Shown piece after piece: positions 39,487 through 50,292 of a stretch of 64,000 bases of DNA (its first letter is position 1; every line of letters starts with the position of its first letter). The notes under the pieces were generated by a model, which saw nothing but the letters and a program-made list of their open reading frames with translations, did no database searches and had not been told where the DNA came from. A program made the translations under genes and the position numbers. The stretch comes from Xylographa opegraphella (lineage: Eukaryota). The stretch lies in contig JALDZX010000003.1 in assembly GCA_022813865.1 (NCBI GenBank), positions 62,001-126,000 on the forward strand, written 5' to 3'.

Positions 39487-41270
39487 ATGACCAGCACTGG
39501 CATTGACTTTGCCAATGCCAATCACGAGGCGAAGGTAGTCGAAGATGACTCCCTCGGCGGCAACGTCGCGGTTGCCAATGATGGTGTCATGCGACGTATG
39601 TCAGTCATTCCTGGCATCTCGGAGATCACGGATGGCGCGATCGCTGGAACGGAAGCGGAGAAGAGGATGGGCATCATTGAAGGCTTCCGGCTCTATCCCA
39701 AGGCCGCAGCATGGTCGATGCTGTTGTCGACTGCCATTATCATGGAAGGTTACGACGTCGTCCTCCTAGCGTCATTCTACGCCTTCCCCCAATTCAACCA
39801 GAAATACGGTACGCTTCTGCCTGATGGTACGTATCAAGTACCGGCCGCATGGCAAGCTGGTCTCTCAAATGGCGCCAATGTGGGGGAGATTATCGGTCTT
39901 TTCGCAAACGGTATCATTTCCGAACGTTACGGTTACCGGAAGACCATGATCGTCTCGTTGTCCGCTGTGATTTGCTTCATCTTCATCCCTTTCTTCGCCC
40001 AGAACGTGCAAACGTTAGAAGTTGCTGAGATTCTATGTGGTATCCCATGGGGCGTCTTTCAAACACTCACCACCGCGTACGCCGCCGAGGTCATGCCTGT
40101 ACCGCTTCGATGTTACTTGTGTACATACGTCAACCTATGTTGGGTGCTTGGACAACTCATCGCCTCTGGCGTACTCCGAGCCATGTTGAGTAACCATACT
40201 CAATGGGCGTATAGGATCCCTTTTGCAATCCAATGGATTTGGCCACTACCAATCATAATCGGTGTCCTATTCGCTCCAGAATCCCCTTGGTGGCTTGTTC
40301 GTCGAGGTCGGACCGAGGACGCCAAGAAAGCACTTCTCCGCTTGACCTCAAAGAATGATCCCAATTTCAACGCCGACGACACTATTGACATGATGATTCA
40401 CACGAACGCCCTAGAAATAGAGATATCCGCCGGCACCAGTTACTGGGATTGCTTCAAAGGCATCGACCTCCGCCGTACCGAGATCGTCGTGGTGGTGTGG
40501 ATGATCCAGAATTTATGCGGTTCAGCATTTATGGGCTATTCGACATACTTCTATGAACAAGCTGGACTAGCAACCGAAAACGCCTTCGACATGTCCATGG
40601 CTCAATACGCTCTGGGCGCCATCGGCACCTTCTTGTCGTGGTTTCTCATGGCCAAGGTCGGACGTCGCAAGATCTATCTATACGGTTTAATTGTTCTTGA
40701 TCTCCTCCTGATCATTATTGGCTTCATCGGTATCGCACCGTCGTCCAACAAAGCCGCAAGCTGGGTCATTGGATCTATGTTACTCATATACACGTTCACT
40801 TGTACGAGACCCCCACAGCTTACCCGAACATGGCAGCATGCTAACACCGTCCAGACGATTTCACCGTCGGGCCCGTCTGCTACTCCCTCGTTGCCGAATT
40901 GTCGTCGACGCGCCTCCGCACCAAAACCATCGTGCTCTCCCGCAACGCCTACAACGTTATCGGCATCATCAACAACATCTGGACGCCCTATATGTTGAAC
41001 CCCTCGGCGTGGGGATGGGGGCCCAAGACAGGATTCTTCTGGTTCGGCCTCGACTTCTTCTGCGTCGTGTGGACCTTCTTCCGGCTCCCCGAACCAAAGG
41101 GTCGTACTTACGGCGAGCTGGATATCCTCTTCACCAACAAAGTCCCCGCCCGGAAGTTCTCCAAAACGGACGTGACGCAGTTCCATGGCGAGACGGTACG
41201 GCTGGCTTCGGTCAGCGAGGTGGTCAATGAGAAAGGTGGCTTTACGGAGCAGAAGGAATATGTTTCTTAA
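39487..41270 (+). CDS. MFS maltose/alpha-glucoside:H+ symporter, 2 exons (intron ~40802-40854)
   Basis: MAL-permease hallmarks IIMEGYD, GIPWGVFQTLTTAYAAEV, YVNLCWVLGQL, APESPWWLVR, LRTKTIVLSR, RLPEPKGRTYGELDILF; TATAAAA at ~39299. Confidence 0.95.
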
Positions 41271-41908
41271 AGGTGGACTTGACATGGCACGTCTTGTGGC
41301 GATGCATCCTTGCAAACACTCTGCAATGGGTGCAGATTTACAATATAGTCTGATCGGTTTGTCAAAGAAATGAATCATTGCTCTTGTGTCTTTAATACAC
41401 GATGATGACCGCGCCCTACTGCTCTCATTTACACAGCTCATGCGTGTTATCATGCCACCATGCCACCCTGTCGTCCTCAAGCCCGATCCTTCCAATCACC
41501 AGTTACGTGATGTTAGAGAAACCTCCAGATTTCCACATGCAAGCAAGCGTACAAATTAGCCCCTGCTATATTGGCTTTCCGTGCTGCTTGCCTATTCGCC
41601 GCTAGACTCAAGAATTTAAGGTACTGTATATATTGCACAGCTCGAGCGAGCTTGCATATCAGTCTGAGAACACAACTCGCATCGCCCGTTTCCTGCGGCA
41701 ATGCGGTATTGGGGCACGTTCACAAGTTTTTGTCCGCCCTCCGTGTTAAGGTTGAGACAACGTTTCCTCGTTCATCGCACTGGGTTTACGGTCATGTCAA
41801 GGTTCACGAATCATCGGTTCAAGAGGGTAATGAGTTATTTATCGCCAGGCTATGCCCTGACGGGGCGAACTTATCAATATCGTGTGAGCTTTCAATTCAG
41901 GCATGGTT

Positions 41909-42562
41909 TCAGTATTCTTTAGCCATTATTTTTCGTTATTAAGCGCTGCCACGTTCTTTCGTCGTGGTTGTCAATTTTCTCTTTCCGCCACAGCAGATTA
42001 CTTGCAAACCCCTTTTCCAGAATGGTCGCTGCTACGTCCTGTGTGATCCCCGTTCTTCTCCTCCCTCCGCAGCAGATTACTCGCAAACCCCTTTTCCAGA
42101 ATGATCGCTGCTACGTCCTCCCGTCGTCATCGTCGGTCTTCTCCTTCCGCCACAGCAGATTACTTGCAAAGCATGCAAACCCCCTTTCCACAATGGTTGC
42201 TCCCGTCGTAATCGTCGGAATTTCCCTTTCTTTTATAGCAGATTGTTTGCAAAATCTTTTTTTGTAAACTGCCGCTGTTGCGTTCTTCGGTCGTAATCAC
42301 CGATGTGTTTTTATCTTTATTGCAGTTTGTTTACACAAATTTTCCTTCTCTTCGACCGCTGCCACGTTCTTGCGCTGAGAATCACAGGTCGTCTCTGTTT
42401 TGTCGAGCAGATTGTTGGCAAGAATTTTCTTTCAAAGAGACTGCTATAACGTTCTCCTGTCGTAATCGTTGGTTGTCTTTTTCTTTATAGCAAGTTACTT
42501 GCAAACTCAGTTTCCACAATGGTAACTACCTGCCAATGATCGCTGCCTGCCAATAATCGCTG
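41909..42562. repeat. Degenerate tandem array, 8 units of about 79-85 bp
   Basis: Anchor GCAGATTRYTYGCAAA or a variant at ~41909, 41993, 42072, 42155, 42238, 42322, 42407, 42490; recurring downstream sub-motifs CGCTGCYACGTYCT and GTCGTAATC. Confidence 0.85.
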
Positions 42563-43368
42563 ATGACACAACACCTTGGGCGTGGGTTAATGGTAATGGA
42601 GACAGACGTGTTGGCGATTTGACACGATTTCGAAAGAAGAACGATAAAAATGGCTGCAATTCTCAAGATTCCCGTGATCTGTTATCGTTACGAGGTTCTC
42701 ACCTTTGAATTGACCTTGATTTGAAATCAATGTATGGGCTTATACTGCATGACATCAAAAAGATATCAAAAGCAGGAAAGCGAGATCCAGATTTTGAGCT
42801 TTCTGAAATCATCTTTATATTCCTTTTTGCTGGGAAACAAATATTGCATGACATCGAAAGGTTAAGCAGTACTGTATACTCGATACGATACTGATGGTAG
42901 TTGTGGTAATATCATATATATCCAAGAGTCCCCGCTGGCATTTGATTGAAGACTGCTATTATTGCTGCTTTGCCTTGATACTGATGATGTTGTTCCACAC
43001 TCAGCACAAGTCAGAATTGTTATCGATATTCAACACGCTTATTCTGTAGTTGTAAAGAGGCTTTTTGCAGCTGTCGAATAATGCTCCTTTTCAAGCGCCA
43101 AATTGCAGAAGAGAGGTATCGTAATCTGCATTTCGAAAATATCGTGGGTGTATACCATTCGGATTGTGAACCGAAGAAAAGCCCAACACCGAAAGCCGGA
43201 GCAAATGATTTTACCGCTCATATTCATAATTGGGTTGATCCTGGCGTGGTAGTGGATGGTTCTGCGGAATCGAAATCTTATCTCCGGGTATGTCCGGGAT
43301 TCCCGGTCTTTTTTTCTTCTGTAGTAATCTTGAACAGCATAGATAAGGGTCCGATTTGGAACGCGAGT

Positions 43369-45495
43369 ATGCCAACAGAACTGGAAGAGGTATGAAACAA
43401 AACTCAATGCAGCGTATGAACGACGTTAACGGAAAGTTCGTTCGCAGCTCGTTGAGTTTATTCATCACGGCAATACTCAAATTCGGCAAGTCGGTAAAAA
43501 TTGCCACGTTGCCGTTCTGAATCTGCTTGTGCTGAGAATATGTCGTAGCTGTTGAAAACTTGCTGCCGTATTCGAAGACTCAGCCAGCGATCTTCAAGAT
43601 CAATGAGTTGACGCCGGTGAAGGACCTCAAGCTACTCGTCAGAGACTACGCAGTAAGAGTACCTCCCACCTCTGATGATCACCGATTGCTGGAGATAGGG
43701 ACCTGAGAAATACGACTGAGCTGACGAGCCATAGCCTATTGCAAAAAATGTCTTGACTATCTTGATCAACATCTCCGGAGATCGGGATGTGCTCGCTGTC
43801 GTGGCCGACGACAACACGTTTCTGGAATCGCTCTTGCTTCGTATAACCGTATGTCAGTCAACCTGTTCTCATCTCTTCGCTGTACTTTCTGTCTTGTATC
43901 TTTGTTGTTATGCGTTTCCATTGAAGCATATAGGAAACCGAGATTGAAAGGCTCCCAGATTGGATTTGATACAATGCATGGAATTGCTGCGATTCTGCCA
44001 GTCTGCACGTTAGAGCATGTCTTGGAAGATAGAATTTTGTGCTCTGGGTGTCCAGAATCTCAATCGCCTCCTCCTCTTTCCAGTCCGAAGCCTTGACGTC
44101 TGTTTTTAAGTCTGGCCTCTGCAAGCCAAATATATTCTTCTGCATAGCACTCTCGGACCACAAGAATCTCCTATTTGTTACACACACGCTGCGCTTTTGT
44201 ATGCGGCTGCTTTGCTGCGTAGTTGGGCAGAAAGTTCAAGTTCGTACAGGGGCTCAAGAGCGTCAATGCCAATTTCTGCATTGCGGGTTCAGTGTCGATA
44301 GGGTGCTAACGATGGTACTTTCAGAATGTCAAAGAGCCCAATGCCAACGAGATCGCAATGCTTCTTGCCAACATGGCCAAGTCGGATTCCATCGAGCGCC
44401 TGCTTACGTTGAAGCGAGATATCGTGCTCGGCCTGTCTGCTTCGAAGAATGCCATCGATCAGTTGATGGACTGCTTCGTCAAAGGCGCCGAAGGTAGTTG
44501 GAACCCGAAGGCGGACTTCGATTATCTGGCATACTTGTTTGCTGATCTCGCAAAGGTAAGAAGCTGTTTTTTCTTCGCGTTTGTATATTGGTACACCGCG
44601 CAGGTTATTGTTGCGTGATTCATCCTTCTTTTCAGAAGATCTCTTGTTTCTTTGCCATTGTTTTCTCATACAAGCTGCAGGACGTCTGCTCGGCGGGTGT
44701 GTTCAAGTTTGCTGGTAGTGTGTTTTTCTTCTGCAGGCGAGAGACTGGTAGCAGGCTTGGAAATTGCGCAGCACTCCTGGACTGCATTGTGGAAGTATCA
44801 ATTAGCACCATGCTTCTCCTGAATCACTCATCTCATCGTCAGACAGGAAGCTCACCTCTTTCCAGTTTCCTTCAGGGGCAAGCTATCTTACAACTGTTCA
44901 ATCGTACGACAATGTACACCCCCTCTCAAAGCTCCTTCCGTTCACCACTCCACCGTCTTCGCTCCCTCGTCGACTCGGTGCAGCGACCGTGCTGAAGAAC
45001 GTCTCGTTCTCCGTGTCCTCACATCCTACCCTGCTCTCGCCACCGTTATCTATTCTTCCTTATGTTCTCTTACCGCTGGCCTCTGGGTCTGATAATTACT
45101 TGGAGAGCGAAACCGATCAAATGCTGGAGGAGCTCCAACTTCTAGAACCCGACAAGAGGAGGGAGTCCAATACGAACATCCTCGTCACGCATCTTGAGAC
45201 ACTACTCCTGCTCACCACCACTCGAGAGGAGAGAGCGAAGCTGCGGCACGCAGGTTGCTATTTCGTGGTTCGCGAGCTTCATTTGGCAGTCGAGAAAGAA
45301 GACGTGCGAGAAAGCTGTGATCGTCTGGTGCAGGTTCTCATGCGGGACGAGGAAGGAGAAGAGCATGCAGGCCAGGGCAGAAGTGCTCCCGTGTCTGGAC
45401 TGGTGACGGAACGTGATGGGGGAAGTGAGAGAGGGATGATGGTCACGCAGGCAGATAGTGATGATGAGGACGAGCAGATCGTGGAGGTGTTCTAG
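43369..45495 (+). CDS. HGH1: Hgh1 (FAM203) eEF2 chaperone, 6 exons including two long introns
   Basis: MPTELEE|LVEFIHHGNTQIRQV|AVENLLPYS...; EPNANEIAMLLANMAK, QLMDCFVKG, FDYLAYLFADL, LETLLLLTTTRE, CDRLVQVLMRDE. All junctions are GT-AG and in frame. Confidence 0.92.
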
Positions 45496-46879
45496 TGTTC
45501 ACGCAGCCGTTCTAGCGGTCTGTAAACCGTGTGGTCTGTGATACAAGCCGCTCCCATAAGCTGCGGTTTCGGTCATGAAGGTATGAACCCGGCACGGCGG
45601 GATTGACTGATCCTCTCCGAGATATTGGAAAAAGATCCAGGATGAATTATTTTATGGTTTGTAATGATGTACTGATGAGTAGTGCTTGCATTTCTCAATG
45701 ATCTAGATATCCCGTGGTTGACAGCGAAGCAAAGTATGAAATCCCCAGGCTATAATGACAGCAGATAGGAGAGCACAAACTCCCGTCAAGGGTACGAAGA
45801 CTTCCTCCACGAGCAACGAGAACCAAATCAAGTAGAAGCCTATCAGCGAGTATGGTCGACCAAGCCATATGTATCTGCTTCCATCACTCCCCTCAAGCAA
45901 GACCAGATACCATTAATCCCTCCACGTAATCCAACAAAGCTTTGGTCCCCATGAACGAAAAGGGCACCACCGCACACCATACTTGCGCAGGAGGCGAGCC
46001 TAGGACAATCCCCCTATACTGAAAGCATGTAGGAGACCGAGTACAAAGCTCGTCCACGCATAAGCACCCTTCACGCCGATTCAACATCTTTCGTAAAACA
46101 CAGAACTAAACAAGGGAGAAGTACGCAGTGAGAAAACGGCAAGCCGAGAAGCAGATATGCTCAGGGAGAGCGTGGTGTATTCACCACTCGTATTCATAAC
46201 TCCGTATCCACATCGTCGGCGTTGTGCTGTCTTAGCGCCCCTGGGAATTGATGGGGGCTGGGGGTGAAGTTATGGAGCTGGGCGTGCAGGAAGGTTCGGA
46301 CGGGGCCGGTTGTTTCGTGATGATGGAGTGAATGGTGGAAGCTTCGGGGAATCAATCCTGGGGGAGAAGTGAAGTGGATTGGGTTATTGTTGCGTGGAGC
46401 GGTGGTGCGTGGGAGAGAATTGTGATGTTTGATGCGGTCCTTGTGTGATAGGTGAGGATTGCTCGAGGTCAGTAGAGCGGAGGTAGGAAGTGGTTCGGGT
46501 AGCAATGGACATGTGCTTAGGATTAGTGGATCGATCAGCATTTTCATCTGGAAATCATAGATGCAGGCTTGCTATGATTATCGTCCTCACCACCATGAGA
46601 TAAAATTGAGACGAATGTCTGGACGATTCACGTGTTTGATATTTTGTACTTCCGGTTTGGGTGGTTGGAACTATCGAGCTCTCAGACGGCACCCAAGGCA
46701 ATCCACCGGAGTACATCTTCTGACGAAGTGACCGGACGCCACTTTCAATCAACATGCGACAATGCAAAGCACGATTCATGAAAAACCGTGCACATTCCCA
46801 AAACCTGTCCATGGAATCCCGTATGTACCTATTTTTCCACCGACACAATCCGTCGTATTCCGTCTTCAGCGCATCCCGA

Positions 46880-49356
46880 TCAATCAATCGGTTTTAGCAG
46901 CTTTGTGGCTCTCTCATACTTACTCACCGTTCGCAGCAGTTGCGTGAATCGGTCGCGTTTCTCCAAGCCAACCACAGCACCCTTGAAGGAAGTGAGCAAT
47001 TCAGCTACCGTAGTACCTGACGCGGGGATGAGTGCGCGTAGCTCGGCGGCGGTAGGGAAAGGTACAGTGGCGGGGGAGGTCGCTCCTGTTGATAATCAAT
47101 AATGGGGAAGGATCGGCGGAGGAGAGTGATGAAGGGATCGGGCACAGATAGCGAACGTAGAAGAATTGGGAAGAGGAGGAGTACACCGCACATACCTGGA
47201 CTTGCAGCGCGGCTGCGAACCGCTCCTGTCGCAGTCGCAGCTCCCACCACTGTACCATTAATGACTGTCTCCGGGCTGCCAGCGCGACTGTCTCTCGGAG
47301 TACTACTACCGCTACCTGGGCGAGTGAGCTTCAGCTTTATGCGCTTGCGGGTGCCATCGCTCATCTCAGCACCTGAGCCGGCGCCCTCGCTGTCTGAGCC
47401 GGCGCCCGTACGAGGTCGCTTATTCTCTGGCCGCACAGGAAGATTGGTGGGATTGTCATGCTTGACATTGAGGCGGATATTGGAAGGCTTCCGAGCCAAG
47501 TCGGTCTGAGGCTGTGATGAACCTGAAAACGGTGGAGGGTTCGGACTATGAGGACGAGAAGGAGGACCGTTTGGCGTAGAATTACCGGTGGCGAGATTGG
47601 ACAATATCCCGTGCTTTTTCTTCTTGTGCTGCTTGCGAGCAGATTCATTGCCACTTGCTTCGGAGAGATTGGGGGAACCAGGACGTTTGAGAGTGGAGGA
47701 TGAGGCGGTGCGAGCAAGTGGGTCAGAATGTTTACTTGGGCGATTAGAAGGCGTGTTCGTGCCGCGAGTGGAGGAGTCAGATGAGGGTGGTGGCCTCGTC
47801 TTGTCGGTCACGCTTGGCTTTTTGTCTTCCTCTTCCTTTTTGAGACGTTCTTCCTCTTCGCGTTCCTCTTCAGAATCCGAGTCGTCCTAGTACACTATTA
47901 GTAGACTACATTCATATCGGCATCTTGGAAACTGTACATCTGAAGAGTAAGGATTGTCCGAATCGCTCTCGTAAGCGAAGTTCTTTTCCTGTCTCCTCAA
48001 AGCCTTTATTATTTTCCTACTCAGCTTCTTCTGTGCTTCCTTCTCCCTTTTCTCATAAGTCTCGGCCTTGTCATAAGCCTTCTCATCCTTCAAATTGAAC
48101 ACATTGGCTTGTAGGTGGTCTCTCTTTATTCGTTCTTCAGCTGCCTTTGCATCTTCAGCTTCGCCTTCAAAAAGAGGATTCTCCTCATCGTCTGCAAAGT
48201 CGTCCTCGAAATCAAGCTCATCTACATCTGCAACTTCCCGCTTCATAGTAGCATTCTTTACCTTGCCATCGCCATCATTCTCAGACTTCCCCACATACAA
48301 TTTGTTGTTTGCCTTTCTGTTTTTCAACTCTTCTCGCTTTTCTTGGTTCTTTTGCATCAAGTCCGTTACCCACTTTGGATCCTTGACCTTCTTATCCATA
48401 AGTTTCTCAGCTTCCTCTATGGTGAGTGTCTCGAAAGGTGCTTTTGAGCTGAATTTGTACCATTTCTCGACTGGCGTCACGTAAAATTTCCCATCATGCT
48501 GCACAAGCTGAGCATATGTCTCAGATAGTGCCTTTTCGTAGGTCCCAACCCATGTCTGTTTATTGTCAAAGTCCTCTAGATGCCATGGTAGAGCTTCTTC
48601 ATATCGTAATTTTGTTCCTGCCTTCTGTGCCTCGGTCTCATCATTCCGGAAAACCTGCTGCGTCTTCTTCTTGAATGCGCTGAATCGTTTCTGATTACCA
48701 GAGTTGGCGCTGGGCGCAACCTGTGCCATCTCAGCTTCACGTTCCGCATCTCGCTGCGCCCTTAACATCTCCTGCCTCTCTCGCTCTTTGCTGTCTAGCA
48801 AGCGATCCTTGGAATCCACACCTCCCATCACAGTGTCTTGTTTGTCTCCTGCTACTCCACCACCACCACCACCCGGAGGGGCTCGAGGATCTCGTCGATG
48901 TAGCCTGACAGGCCTCGTAAATTCTTCTTCGTTCCGGGGATCAATGGCTTTCTTAGAACTGAATCTGGCCACATGATACCGAAGTCCGTCTGCCAATTGC
49001 CGTTTCGTCATTATCAAAGGAATGTCCACATATGGTCCAGTAGGTGGAGATGAAAAAAGACTTGTAGTGTCTTCTGTGCCGTCAAATATAACAGTCGACT
49101 CCACTAGCGGGTTTCCTGATGGCTTTGGTGGGTGCTGGGCCATAACCCGAGTAAATCCTTGTCCTGGTATTGCTGATCCTGTTACATTTGCGGCCCCATT
49201 CACGCCATTTTGGGCATGAGTATTATTCGGAGGCGGTCGACGAGTTTTCTTTGGTCGGACCATGGGATCTGCTGCCAGCCTCGGCCTACGCATCAAGGGA
49301 GGCAGTGTGCCATTTGGAGTCCTGCCCGGAGTCCTGTCTGCAGGTGAAGCACTCAT
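46880..49356 (-). CDS. TFG1: Transcription initiation factor IIF subunit alpha (Tfg1/RAP74), about 3 exons
   Basis: FTRPVRLHRRDPR, LRYEEALPWHLEDFD, VEKWYKF, TLTIEEAE, DFEDDFADDEE; short C-terminal domain ending ATKLLKPID-TGA. Confidence 0.9.
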
Positions 49357-50292
49357 GGCGTCGATCTCACCGAAATGTAGAGAGCATGAGGTCGTGGACG
49401 CGTCGTATTAATGGGTTCAAGTAAAGTACAACAGGCAGTGAGATATGAAATTGGCAGTGGCGCAAAGCGATTCCTGGCGATCCAGCAAGTAGTTCTTCTT
49501 TCGTTTCAGAAACTTTGAAACCTTTCAAATGAGCCCTTGCTTTGCGCTGGAGTTGTGGAGAAGTCGGGCTGCGACATACTCCGGGATAAAGGGTCTTGTG
49601 TCTTTGACAACCAATGCGGCGAGGGTCGCTGCCTTTTTGACTCCAACCACCTCACAGCCAATCGGCTGAGACCTCTTAGCGCGACCCAGCTCCGTACGCT
49701 AGGTTCCATGCATGAATAGCTAAGCGCGTGAAGATATCATGCATACCTTACCTTACCTTACGGTACCTTAGATACCTCTGGAACTACCAAGTACTTATCG
49801 AAACAAGCTCAATGCCCTATTCCGCATGGCATCTTCGTAACCAGTCATCTATAGTGATTGACATACTGTTAAGTACGTGAGCGTATACCGACTGGCCGTT
49901 GGGGACTCCGTATAGAGACTTTCAGGACAAATAGACCCGAACCCTTGAATATCTGACGGCATTGAAATTAGCCATACAATTGTTATCTTCTTCACGCGAG
50001 GCCCCAGCCGCTAAAATACCGTTTGATTCACGCCCGATGCCGACAATATCAAACAACGGCGGTAGCGTATTTTGCTAACATGTGAGACTTCAATCACCTG
50101 TCGCTCACACCATACACATCAGATCGTTGATGAATGACAACATGCTTGCTTGTTCCCCTCCCTAACAAAAAAATTTCGTGATCCAAACACCTTACGTTCT
50201 GTGTATCGGATGCAGTACATCCGCAACTTGAGACCGTGTCAGCTAGTTCTAACGTTGTAGACGAACTTTTTCAACAAGCATAGTTAGCAAAG

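Noticed and set aside
41909..42562. The array as a CRISPR or a 28-aa (zinc-finger-like) coding repeat
   Set aside because: Eukaryotic context, no cas genes, and the 'spacers' are homologous to each other. Unit lengths are mostly not multiples of 3, and no Cys/His pattern or open frame persists.
45703..46550. Hydrophobic minus-strand ORF fragments between HGH1 and TFG1 (possible membrane-protein pseudogene)
   Set aside because: Several in-frame stops, no recognisable family and no convincing splice model; a tBLASTx search would be needed.
46555..46887. ORF as an extra TFG1 exon
   Set aside because: TFG1 reads through GTGAGT to a plausible natural C-terminus (ATKLLKPID-TGA at 46880).
49398..49403. 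ACGCGT upstream of TFG1
   Set aside because: A single hexamer at a gene not expected to be MBF-regulated; it shows that MCB matches can arise by chance.
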